Part shown: positions 9,205-17,993 of the stretch, in pieces
Layout: every line of letters starts with the position of its first letter
How positions within the stretch are numbered: the first letter of the stretch is position 1
Program-made: the position numbers and the translations under genes
Notes under the pieces: model-generated
What the model was told of the DNA's origin: nothing
The model's input: the letters and a program-made list of their open reading frames with translations, nothing else
Databases searched by the model: none
Assembly: GCA_965249725.1 (NCBI GenBank)
Contig: CBDFMQ010000001.1
Location: forward strand, 96,001-160,000
DNA: 64,000 nucleotides
Reading direction: 5' to 3'
From: Longimicrobiales bacterium
GTDB taxonomy: Bacteria > Gemmatimonadota > Gemmatimonadetes > Longimicrobiales > Gaopeijiaceae

Positions 9205-10497
9205 ATGAGCGCCGCCATCCGAACCTTCCTCCACAGTCGACGCGGGGAAGTGCCGGATCAGTTGGACCTGGCGGATCCCGAGCACCAGAGCCTCCTCACC
9301 GATCTGGCAGACGGGCTCCTGGCGTTGGATCGCTCCAAGGACGAGTTGGCCGAGAGCGCCCGCGAGTTCGCCGTCGAGCAAGGCCACCCGCGTAAGGAGC
9401 GGGAGACATTCGGCGTGGCGTTGAAACTCGCCCAGTCGCGATCGGAGCTCCTCCGGCGCGAGCACCCGAGCCGACTCACGATCGTCTTCGCGATGTACAA
9501 AGAGCACAACCGGATCCGCCCGCGCGCCGAGCATCCTCACGGCGAGGATGCGATCCGGCAGAAGGTGAGTCAATTGGAATGGCTGACGCGCGGCACCCGG
9601 ACGAGTTGGCGCCTCCTCGCCGTGGACGACGGCTGCCCGTGTCACAGTGGTGCGCTGGTGGAGCAGATCTTCGCCGAACTGGCTCTGGGGGAACGCGGTC
9701 GCGTCCTCTTCCTGGAGGACGCGATCCGCGAAGGGCGTGTTCCGACGCGGACACCGCTGAATTCCACCACCGACAGCCAGAAGGGAGCGTCGGTGCTGCT
9801 CGGGTTGTGGATGGCCGCCCAGGAAGGGCAAGACGATCACGTCGTCGTCTTCACGGACACGGACCTGTCCACGCACCTCGGACAAGCCGGCCTGCTCATG
9901 TACCCGATCCTCGAAGAGGGCCGCCAAGTGGCGATCGGATCGCGGCGGGAGGTCACTTCGATCGTGAGAAAGTCGGCCTCGCGTAGCGGGCGGGGCAATC
10001 TCTTCATCTACCTGTGGAAGCGGCTGCTACCGGCACTCGCCGAGGTCGTCGACACCCAATGCGGCTTCAAGGCATTCGACGCCGGGATCCTCCGGCACAT
10101 CGTGCCCGATGCGCACGAGGGGCGATTCGCGTTCGACATCGAACTGCTGCTGCGGGCACAGTTGCTCCGAGCCGGCTCGATCGCGGTGGTTCCGATCGGC
10201 TGGATCGACAGCGAGGCGGAGTCGACGACCAAGGATCTACAACCCTACCTGTCCATGCTCCGGAGCACCGTCGACTTCTACCGGTCGTACGCGCCCGTGA
10301 CCCTCGAGGGCGATGCGTTCGCTAGCCTCATCGACGATCTGGACGAGGGCTCCTGGCAACGGCTGCTGGAACGGATCCCAGCAGCCATTCTCGACCGCGA
10401 GCCCGCCGTATTCGCGGAATGGACCGGAGTGACCGCAGATGACCTGAGGAAGGCCGCAGCAGGCAGAGGGCCCTCCGGCGGCCTAGTGGGTTCATGA
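9205..10497 (+). CDS. GT2-family glycosyltransferase (dolichyl-phosphate glucosyltransferase-like)
   Basis: AVDDG, KG..V..G, FTDTDLS (DxD), IGSRR, DTQCGFKAF, FAFDIELL. Confidence 0.85.
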   Translation: MSAAIRTFLHSRRGEVPDQLDLADPEHQSLLTDLADGLLALDRSKDELAESAREFAVEQGHPRKERETFGVALKLAQSRSELLRREHPSRLTIVFAMYKEHNRIRPRAEHPHGEDAIRQKVSQLEWLTRGTRTSWRLLAVDDGCPCHSGALVEQIFAELALGERGRVLFLEDAIREGRVPTRTPLNSTTDSQKGASVLLGLWMAAQEGQDDHVVVFTDTDLSTHLGQAGLLMYPILEEGRQVAIGSRREVTSIVRKSASRSGRGNLFIYLWKRLLPALAEVVDTQCGFKAFDAGILRHIVPDAHEGRFAFDIELLLRAQLLRAGSIAVVPIGWIDSEAESTTKDLQPYLSMLRSTVDFYRSYAPVTLEGDAFASLIDDLDEGSWQRLLERIPAAILDREPAVFAEWTGVTADDLRKAAAGRGPSGGLVGS

Positions 10498-11056
10498 TGT
10501 CCATCTGGCGTGCTTTTCGGGAGGCAAGGGGCTCCGCGGCCCCTACAGCGCTGGGATGCTCCTCGGCCGCGAGGACCTCATAGCGGCTGCGCTGCTCAAC
10601 GCCACTCCAAACGCCGCCACCGTCGGTCGCGGCATGAAAGTCAGCAAGGAGGAGCTCCTCGGCATGCTGGCGGCCGTGGAGTTCAGCCAGCAGTTCGACT
10701 ATTCAGTGGAGAACGTACGAGAGACCGGTCTGGTCAATCTCATCGCTGAGAGGCTTTCAGTGTTCCCGGGCATCACGACCCAGGTGTCGTATCCCACCAC
10801 CGAAGGCGGCAGACCCCATCTCCAGGTATTCTGGGACCGATCGACGATTCCGGTATCGATCGAAGAAACGCGGCAGGCGCTGCAAGATGGAGAGCCATCG
10901 ATCAGGACGCCGTACCTAGAGCTTGCCGACGGTCAGTTGGAGGTTGGCACAGCCATGCTCAAGGACCACGAGGTGGACGTCGTCGTCAGGAGGCTCGGCG
11001 AGGTGCTGGCTTCCCGAAACGGCGAACGGGCTAGCGCTTCTTCCGCAGTTTCTTGA
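10496..11056 (+). pseudogene. C-terminal remnant of a SelA/DgaE-like PLP enzyme
   Basis: In-frame FSGGKGLRGPYSAGMLLGR (PLP Lys motif) and GRGMKVSKEELLG; in-frame TAG just upstream; N-terminal half missing. Confidence 0.75.
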
Positions 11057-11213
11057 TTACCTTCTTGAAGTCCGGTCCCGGTGTGGTACCCACGGGGGCC
11101 GTTGGTCGTGGAGGCGGGGGAGTACGGGGCGGCTTGGGTGTGCAAGGCCACTCCGGGAGCTTGAGTGACGGCTTCTTGTCTCGAGGAGCACGTCCTCGGC
11201 TGCTCTTTGCCAT
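11031..11213 (-). CDS. Small basic Pro/Lys-rich protein (60 aa)
   Basis: GAGGAGG RBS 6 nt before ATG; MAKSSRGRAPRDKKPSLKLPEWPC...DFKKVIKKLRKKR. Confidence 0.5.
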   Translation of the reverse strand: MAKSSRGRAPRDKKPSLKLPEWPCTPKPPRTPPPPRPTAPVGTTPGPDFKKVIKKLRKKR

Positions 11214-11302
11214 CAGAGACCTCCTCGATGGATGCCCGGCCGCCTCGCAACCCGCGTGGTCGGACGGCCTGTCTATACTACGGTCTTCGACGACCCCAGG
11301 TG

Positions 11303-12500
11303 TCAAGGAGCCAGCTTCAACCGCTGTGTGTAGATCGTGCGGAACGCGGTCGGCCATAGAGTCAGACAGTCGTGGTCCGGTGTTGCGTCCTCCGGGCATG
11401 CCGTGAACCCGCGGGGCCCCGCGATCACGAAGAGGTCGACACCCCCGTCCCGCCGGAACACCAGACGCATGTAGCCGGGCGCAGCCACGCCGAGGGCCAT
11501 CCCGGGCACGTCCTTGATTCGTGTCGTCAGTTTGCTGGCGGAGCCACTCACGACCGTGTAGGTGGGGTCGCCGGATTCGGTGCCTGCGATCACCTGCAGG
11601 TTGTGGTCGTGCCCGGACGCGTACACGAGGGGGCTGCCGCCTCGGGAGAAGGCCTCCCTGAAATCGCTGATCATGTTCCGATACAGCTGGGACGAAAGGT
11701 CCTGGCTTATCGCGCCAGTTCGGTTCAGGAGCCAACGGACGCCGGCGCTCGACCAGGGGCTCAACGCTCCCCCGTGTTCACCGCCGGTGGCCATCGGGTG
11801 GTGTGCGGCGACGACTACCTCGCGATCCTCCGATGCCGCGAGAAGGTCGGTCAGTCGTCGGTTGGCCTCGACCAGTCGATCTCCGTTCTGGCCCTCCGCC
11901 AACCACCACTGAGTGTCGAGGAATACGATCCGGATACGCTCTCCAAGATCGACGTATTCCGGGCCGGTCAGTCCCGCTGCGGGCATGAGGCTGACCAACG
12001 TTCCGCCGGCTCGCTCTCGCGCGATCCCCGCTTCCAGGTTGTCGAGACGAGACATAGCGACGGGCCCCGACGTATTCCCCCAGTCGTGGTTTCCGGATAT
12101 GAAAATGCCGGACGTTCCGTGGGCCCGAGCCTGTGGGCCGGACACGGCGCCGATCTGATTCCCCAACCGCACCGAGTCCCTGAGATGATCATCGACGGAG
12201 GAATCGTGATATCCGCTGGGGTAGACGTTGTCCCCCAGGAACAGGACCGTGACGGCCGAGTCCCGGGCCAGCGACTGCGACCAGTGTTCCACGTCTTCGC
12301 CGAGCTTGTGAAGTACGGGGTTTCCCACGCCATCGGCCCCCCCCCGCGTCGCCGACGAGGAAGACCACGGCCTCCACACTATCGGGTCGGGGATCGGCCA
12401 TGGGTGCTCCCGCCGGAGCCGGAGCCGTACCGTACGCGCAACCGGCGGCCACCCATGCTGCGTAGACGAGAGTCGGTAGCTGGGGGCGTCGTCCGGGCAT
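11303..12500 (-). pseudogene. Calcineurin-like metallophosphoesterase, frameshifted in a G9 run
   Basis: VFLVGDAG in one frame, then LGDNVY, GNHDW, HHP, SGHDH in another; shift at the 12337-12345 homopolymer. Confidence 0.8.
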
Positions 12501-12502
12501 TT

Positions 12503-13045
12503 TCAGAAACGGAGCCTGATCTGGAGAGGAAGGCCGGCCGCCGGGTGGGCATCCTCGCCGTTTCCGTTCGACGACACCAGTCCCGCAACGCCACCCACGA
12601 CCATTCCCACGGCCCCGCCGATGACTCCGCCTGCCCACCTCCTTTGGGGGTCGGCCCAAACCCGGTCGCCGATGAGCGCCCCGAGGCCGACGCCGGACGC
12701 CCAGCCCACGGCACCCCAGACCAGGGTGTCGCTCATACGATCCTCCGCGAAAGCACCGAGGGCGACGCCGGCCGCAAGGCCCGTGAAAAGCGGCAGCGCG
12801 GCCATGCCAACCGCCTCCTCATCCGAGTCCAGGAAGTCTCCTCGCCGCGATTCGGCCGTGATGTAGGCGGCGCTGAGCCAGAGGCCCGCGCCCGCCCCGG
12901 CCGCCGCTCCCGCGAACATGGCCAAGTCCTGCGCAGCGACGGCCCTAGGCGCTCCGAGCGGGCAGATCACGAGCGCGATCAGGACGAGTCGTGCCGCGCC
13001 TTGGATCTTGCCGGAGTCCCGGAGCATCTCTCTGGTTCGAGTCAT
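12503..13045 (-). CDS. Gly-rich membrane or secreted hypothetical protein
   Basis: ATG overlaps the upstream stop; signal-like N-terminus; glycine-zipper-like hydrophobic helices; C-terminal Phe. Confidence 0.65.
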   Translation of the reverse strand: MTRTREMLRDSGKIQGAARLVLIALVICPLGAPRAVAAQDLAMFAGAAAGAGAGLWLSAAYITAESRRGDFLDSDEEAVGMAALPLFTGLAAGVALGAFAEDRMSDTLVWGAVGWASGVGLGALIGDRVWADPQRRWAGGVIGGAVGMVVGGVAGLVSSNGNGEDAHPAAGLPLQIRLRF

Positions 13046-13662
13046 CGGTTGTCCGTGAGGCGCCAGAGGAACCATGCCGCGACACTGCGCAGCGGCTGCC
13101 ACACCCCAGCCCTTTCCAGAAGGTGGTCCGGTCCCGGACGGTCCTCCAGACCATCCAGGATCCTCAAGCCTTCTTGCACTCCGAGGTCGCCGGCCGGCAT
13201 CACGTCCAATCGCCCGAGCTTGAAGATCAGGAACATGTGCGCGGTCCACTCTCCAACGCCCCAAACGGTGGTGAGTTTCCGGATCACTTCCTCGTCTTCT
13301 TGGCGTCCGATGGTCCTCAATTCGAGGTCTCCGTTCACCGTCTTGGTCGCAAGGCCTTTCATCGCTCGCGTCTTGTTCCGGGAGAGACCCGCCCCCCGCA
13401 GCTCGTCATCCGACAAGGCTAACACCTGGTGAGCGGTGGGAAAGCCCCGAGCCGACGTCAGATCGCGCACCCTACCGTATATGGAGGCCGCTGCGTTTGT
13501 GGCGAGCTGTTGGTAGACGATCGACCGAGCCAACGCGTGGAAGTGTGGACCCCGCAGGACTCCGATCGGGAAGCCCGGAAATGGAGGGAGCCCCCTCATG
13601 GCCCTTCCCAAGACGGGGTCCCTACGCTTCAGTGCCCTCAACTCCACTACGGTCGGCTTCAT
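13042..13662 (-). CDS. DNA-3-methyladenine glycosylase II (AlkA/HhH-GPD family)
   Basis: SIVYQQL, GLSRNK, HhH GVGEWTA, D..P.GD, W.P.RS.A.W.LW. Confidence 0.9.
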   Translation of the reverse strand: MKPTVVELRALKRRDPVLGRAMRGLPPFPGFPIGVLRGPHFHALARSIVYQQLATNAAASIYGRVRDLTSARGFPTAHQVLALSDDELRGAGLSRNKTRAMKGLATKTVNGDLELRTIGRQEDEEVIRKLTTVWGVGEWTAHMFLIFKLGRLDVMPAGDLGVQEGLRILDGLEDRPGPDHLLERAGVWQPLRSVAAWFLWRLTDNR

Positions 13663-13710
13663 CGCGGGAAGATGACCCCTTTCGGCTTAGTGAGCCAGGC
13701 GGTTATGTTA

Positions 13711-13732
13711 CCGAACAAAACCCGAACAAAAC
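13711..13732 (+). promoter_or_regulatory. Direct repeat CCGAACAAAAC x2 (GAAC-N7-GAAC), candidate SOS/LexA-type operator
   Basis: Exact tandem 11-mer between divergent repair genes, 5 nt before the radical SAM ATG. Confidence 0.55.
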
Positions 13733-13737
13733 GGTCC

Positions 13738-14796
13738 ATGACACAATTGCCTACCTTGCGGGGCAGGGGCGTCACGCCCAATCCCCCCAACCGATTCGAG
13801 CGCCTTTCGGTGGAGAGGGAGACGTGGAGCTTGGCGGAAGACCCTGCCCCCGAAACCGAATTCCTGGTCGATTCGTCTCGTAGTATCATCGCGACGAACT
13901 CGAGCCCGGACGTTGGGTTCGACGCGAGCGTCAATCCGTATCGCGGGTGTGAACATGGGTGCGTCTACTGCTACGCTCGGCCCACTCACGAGTATCTTGG
14001 CCTGTCGGCAGGGCTGGACTTCGAGTCGAAGATCTTCGTCAAGCGGGATGCGGCCAGGCTCCTACGGAGGGAGCTGCTGTCACCGCGTTGGAAGCCGAAA
14101 CCGCTGGCGCTCTCGGGAGTCACGGATCCCTATCAGCCCATCGAGAGGCGTATGCGCATCACTCGCGGGTGCCTCGAGGTCCTTGCCGAGTTCCGGAATC
14201 CGGTCTTGATCGTCACGAAGAGCTTTCTGGTGACGAGAGACATCGACCTGCTCGTCCAACTGGCCGAACATCAGGCGGTTGGTGTTGCCGTGTCGATTAC
14301 TACCCTGGACCCGAGCCTACACAGCACGATGGAGCCCAGGGCCTCGACCCCGGCGCGCCGTCTGGAGACGATTGGGAAACTGAGCGATGCGGGCATTCCA
14401 GTGGCCGTTTTCGTGGCGCCCATCATTCCGGGGATCAACGATCATGAGATCCCGTCAATTCTCGCGGCGGCCGCGGACCGCGGAGCCACCGCAGCGAGCT
14501 GCGTACCGATTCGACTCCCCTACGCCGTGAAGGACCTCTTCGTGGACTGGCTGGGCCGGAACTTTCCAGATCGGAAGGAGAAAGTCGTCAATCGCATTCG
14601 TGCCATGCGGGGCGGAAGGCTGAACGACCCTCGTCTCGGCTCACGGATGAGGGGTCAGGGACCGATGGCGGATCAGGTGATCGAGCTCTTCAGAGTCGCG
14701 CGCCGGCGTGTGGGTCTCGCCGAGCGGCCCTCGTCCCTGTCCACTCGAGCGTTCCGTCGTCCGGGGGCCGTTGAGCAGCTCGGACTGGGCGTGTGA
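13738..14796 (+). CDS. Radical SAM protein, PA0069/Rv2578c (spore photoproduct lyase-like) family
   Basis: RGRG...NP.NRFE, SVNPYRGCEHGCVYCYARP (CxxxCxxC), TDPYQPIE, MEPR. Confidence 0.92.
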   Translation: MTQLPTLRGRGVTPNPPNRFERLSVERETWSLAEDPAPETEFLVDSSRSIIATNSSPDVGFDASVNPYRGCEHGCVYCYARPTHEYLGLSAGLDFESKIFVKRDAARLLRRELLSPRWKPKPLALSGVTDPYQPIERRMRITRGCLEVLAEFRNPVLIVTKSFLVTRDIDLLVQLAEHQAVGVAVSITTLDPSLHSTMEPRASTPARRLETIGKLSDAGIPVAVFVAPIIPGINDHEIPSILAAAADRGATAASCVPIRLPYAVKDLFVDWLGRNFPDRKEKVVNRIRAMRGGRLNDPRLGSRMRGQGPMADQVIELFRVARRRVGLAERPSSLSTRAFRRPGAVEQLGLGV

Positions 14797-14805
14797 GGGG
14801 AGACC

Positions 14806-15522
14806 TCACTCTTCCGGTTGGTCATCCGGATCGGCTAGATGCTGAGCCAGCCGATCCGACTCGCTGACCCTCCCGCCCACCCCGGTGGCCGTCCCGGTCA
14901 TGATCCGAAGCGCCCACACGCTCGCCAACAGACTCACACCCATCGTCAGCAAACCGGCCAAACGGAAGACTCCACCGACCGCCTGGTCCTGGCGCAGCAG
15001 CCCCATGGTCCCAAGCAGGTAGTTCCAGTCGTGACCCGGAGCACCGGGGAACGGCGATACCAACGGTAGCAGCTGGGCTCTGGCGTCAGCGGCGTACGGG
15101 GCGATGTGAGCGAAGTTGGTGCCGAGCCAGAAGAGCGCGACCGTGATGGCGAAGAAGTCTCTCTGGCGGTAGAACATGATTCCGGTCAGGACCGGACAGA
15201 GACACTGGAAGATCGTGCCCCCGGCCACCGTAAGGAATTGGTTCCCAGACCACATGAAGAGCAGGTGCCCGGCCTCGTGGATGGCGAGATTCAGCCCGCC
15301 GAAGATGCTCGAGTAGTCCGGGTCTCCCAGGTGGCGGAACAGAATCCAACCGAGTGGAAGGAGCAGGGGGGCGTAGTACCACCAGACCTTGCCCCGGGTA
15401 GCTTCGATCGTCCACTCGCGGAGGCGCCGCCCGAACGGGCTCCTTTCCGTCGGCTTGGAAGCGGCCCCGGACTCCTGCGTTTCCCCCGTGTATCGGATAC
15501 GGAAGGTCGGTCCTTTCCCCAT
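14806..15522 (-). CDS. Membrane protein with HExxH motif (M50-like)
   Basis: LAIHEAGH, GGT, YAADAR, HDWNYLL; hydrophobic helices. Confidence 0.75.
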   Translation of the reverse strand: MGKGPTFRIRYTGETQESGAASKPTERSPFGRRLREWTIEATRGKVWWYYAPLLLPLGWILFRHLGDPDYSSIFGGLNLAIHEAGHLLFMWSGNQFLTVAGGTIFQCLCPVLTGIMFYRQRDFFAITVALFWLGTNFAHIAPYAADARAQLLPLVSPFPGAPGHDWNYLLGTMGLLRQDQAVGGVFRLAGLLTMGVSLLASVWALRIMTGTATGVGGRVSESDRLAQHLADPDDQPEE

Positions 15523-15685
15523 GCACTAGAAGATCCGCGCTTTCGCGCCGAACTCAAGGAAGCTGGCTTCGCCCGGTCCCCTCCGATTCGCGGGGATTCG
15601 GCGCGGGCGAAACGAGGGCGATATCATCCTTCGTAGTGTGTGGGGGGGATGGGCATTGAGACGGACCGTAGGAGGAGGTTGGACG

Positions 15686-16180
15686 GTGACACTGGCACTC
15701 GCACTCATCGTGGTGCTCTTCATGGCGGCCGCTCTGTTGGTCATTCCGTTCGGCCTGCCGGGCGTTTGGATCATGGTGCTGCTTCTCCTGACGGGCACCT
15801 TTACCGGTGCCTTGTCATGGACCGTCTGGCTGGTGCTGGTCGGCCTCGCCCTCGTGGCGGAGGTCGGCGAGTTCTGGATACTCAAGCGGATGGGCGATCG
15901 CTACGGTGCGTCGAGGAGTGCCTTCTGGGCGGCCATCTTGGGCGGGTTTCTGGGAGTGATCGTGGGCACGCCGATCCCCGTTATCGGATCCCTCGTGGCC
16001 GGCTTCCTCGGGACCTTCGTAGGGGCGGGCGTCGTGACGTTGTGGGAGTCCCGCTCGCTCGGTGAGGCGTCCCGGGTGGGCGTCGGTGTCCTTCTGGCCC
16101 GCACCCTGGCCATCGGCTTGAAGGTCGGCGTGGGGGTCGCAGTGTTGGTTGTGGGCGGCCTCCGTATGGTCCTCGGCTAG
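15686..16180 (+). CDS. DUF456-like membrane protein
   Basis: GGAGGAGG RBS then GTG; GLPG.W, YGAS, GAILGG-type segment, P.P.IGSL.G.F.G. Confidence 0.8.
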   Translation: MTLALALIVVLFMAAALLVIPFGLPGVWIMVLLLLTGTFTGALSWTVWLVLVGLALVAEVGEFWILKRMGDRYGASRSAFWAAILGGFLGVIVGTPIPVIGSLVAGFLGTFVGAGVVTLWESRSLGEASRVGVGVLLARTLAIGLKVGVGVAVLVVGGLRMVLG

Positions 16181-16187
16181 GCGCCTC

Positions 16188-17105
16188 ATGCCTGAGCTGC
16201 CCGAAATCGTCGCCTATCTGGACGCCCTCGAGAGCCGCGTAGTGGACCAGGTGTTGGAGAGGGTCAGAATCCGAACGCCGTCGCTCCTCCGTACCTTCTC
16301 ACCCAAGGTCTCGGAGTTGGAGGGGAAACGCGTCCTGGGAATTCGTAGACTCGGAAAGCGGGTCGTCCTCGAACTGGAGGATGGACTGTTCGCCGTGATC
16401 CACCTCATGATCTCCGGTCGTTTTCAGTGGAAAGAACCCGGTGCCGCCATTCCCAAGAAACGCGCCCACGCAGCACTGGATTTTCCCAACGGGACGCTCC
16501 TCCTCACCGAGGCCAGCACCCACAAGCGGGCCTCGCTCCATGTCGTGCGCGGAGAGGAAGACCTCGCCGTTCTCGACCCGGGCGGCATCGAGCCGCTCGA
16601 GGTCGGGCCGGAGGAATTCCGCGATGCCCTGCTGATGGAAAACCGCACGCTGAAGCGGGCCCTTACAGATCCGAGAATCCTCAGCGGCATCGGAAACGCG
16701 CACTCCGACGAGATTCTCCTCGAGGCGGGCCTCTCTCCGGTCAAACGCACTCGTCAGCTGAACGACGTAGAGGTCGCTCGGCTGTTCGAGGCCACCCGCA
16801 ACTCCCTCACCGAGTGGGTGGCGCGCCTTCGAGACGAGTTTGGTGAGGACTTCCCCAAGAAGATCACGGCCTTCCACCCGGCGATGGGAGCACACGGGAA
16901 GTTCGGTGAGCCGTGCCCTCGATGTGGATCGCCCATCCAGCGAATCGTCTACGGTGAGCGCGAGACCAACTACTGTGCCCCCTGCCAGACAGATGGGAAG
17001 CTCCTCAAGGATCGGGCCTTGTCCCGGATCTTGAGGGAGGATTGGCCCAAGACCCTCGAGGAGCTCGAGGAGGGGCTGGATTCAAGGAGGAAGGGGACCC
17101 TCTAG
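16188..17105 (+). CDS. Fpg/Nei family DNA glycosylase/AP lyase
   Basis: N-terminal MPELPE, HLMISG, GIGNAHSDEIL (H2TH), zinc finger CPRC...CAPCQ. Confidence 0.92.
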   Translation: MPELPEIVAYLDALESRVVDQVLERVRIRTPSLLRTFSPKVSELEGKRVLGIRRLGKRVVLELEDGLFAVIHLMISGRFQWKEPGAAIPKKRAHAALDFPNGTLLLTEASTHKRASLHVVRGEEDLAVLDPGGIEPLEVGPEEFRDALLMENRTLKRALTDPRILSGIGNAHSDEILLEAGLSPVKRTRQLNDVEVARLFEATRNSLTEWVARLRDEFGEDFPKKITAFHPAMGAHGKFGEPCPRCGSPIQRIVYGERETNYCAPCQTDGKLLKDRALSRILREDWPKTLEELEEGLDSRRKGTL

Positions 17106-17127
17106 AGACCGCCGTGCTCCGCTACGC

Positions 17128-17823
17128 CTACTCCTCGTCGTTTTCTACCTCTATCTCGACTTCCCGTCGGGCTTCCACGTCGGCGTCCACCTTCGCATCT
17201 CGCGACTCTCGCCGACCGCGACCGCGGCGACCCTCTCTCGACTTCTCGCGATTGCCGCCCCGTCTCCGCTTCCGTGTTTCCCGTCGGGCTTCCTTCATGT
17301 CCTGAACGGCTTTCTCGAGGATTTCGTTCATTCTCGCCAGGTCCTCCGGTTCGGCACCCCACTGCACGGCCTGGTCGAAGGTGAGTTGTGCCAGTCGCGA
17401 GAACGACTTGGAGAGGTCCTTCATGTCTCGGCCGAAGAAGCGGTCCGTGAAGTGCTCCACGCGCTCGAAGACGTCGTCGATGACGTCCTCGTTGTCGTCG
17501 AGGTAGGCCTGCCCCTCTTCCGTAATGGTGTACGTCTTCTTCCCGTCCTTCTCCGCCACCGTGACGTAGCCCTCGTCCTCCAAGAGCTGTAGGGTCGGGT
17601 ACACCGATCCTGGGCTGGGTCGGTAATAGCCACCCGATTCCTTCTCGAGGGCCTTCATGACCTCGTATCCGTGCATCGGCTGCTCGGAAACGAGTCGTAG
17701 GATGACGAACTTCAGGTCACCACGCTCGAAGATCTTCCACTTGGCGTGCCGTCGGCCGTGTCGGCGACGCGGTCCGAACATGAAGGCGTCGAAGTCGAAA
17801 CTGTAGTCGGATGCACAGAACAT
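17128..17823 (-). CDS. PadR family transcriptional regulator
   Basis: RGDLKFVIL, PMHGYEVM, PSPGSVYPTLQLLEDEG; ATG at 17823 with GGAGG RBS. Confidence 0.9.
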   Translation of the reverse strand: MFCASDYSFDFDAFMFGPRRRHGRRHAKWKIFERGDLKFVILRLVSEQPMHGYEVMKALEKESGGYYRPSPGSVYPTLQLLEDEGYVTVAEKDGKKTYTITEEGQAYLDDNEDVIDDVFERVEHFTDRFFGRDMKDLSKSFSRLAQLTFDQAVQWGAEPEDLARMNEILEKAVQDMKEARRETRKRRRGGNREKSREGRRGRGRRESRDAKVDADVEARREVEIEVENDEE

Positions 17824-17857
17824 CTTCCCAAACCTCCCACAAAATTTTGAATATCGT

Positions 17858-17913
17858 GTCGATATATCGACTATACATGTCATAACGATACACTTAACGA
17901 TATATCGTGTCAA
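17858..17913 (-). promoter_or_regulatory. Sigma70-like promoter (TTGACA-17-TATCGT) with two CGATATATCG palindromic operators
   Basis: -35 at 17913-17908, -10 at 17890-17885; perfect palindromes at 17858-17871 and 17897-17908. Confidence 0.75.
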
Positions 17914-17925
17914 CTCCAAGTGAAG

Positions 17926-17956
17926 AAAAACGCCGACGGGCTAAGCCCCTCGGCGT
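17926..17956 (-). terminator. Probable intrinsic terminator
   Basis: GC stem (ACGCCGA-GGGC...GCCC-TCGGCGT) followed by a T run, downstream of the ORF ending at 17994. Confidence 0.65.
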
Positions 17957-17993
17957 CCTTCGAATTGGAGAAGCAGCTACTCCCGAGAGTGGG

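Noticed and set aside
10493..10496. CATG recurring near remnant junctions (also 28660 and 46826)
   Set aside because: A 4-mer is too frequent, two of the junctions are imprecisely located, and the junction near 745 lacks it.
11372..13432. 686-aa plus-strand ORF
   Set aside because: Antisense shadow of three recognisable minus-strand genes; Arg/Pro-rich with no motifs, typical of high-GC DNA.
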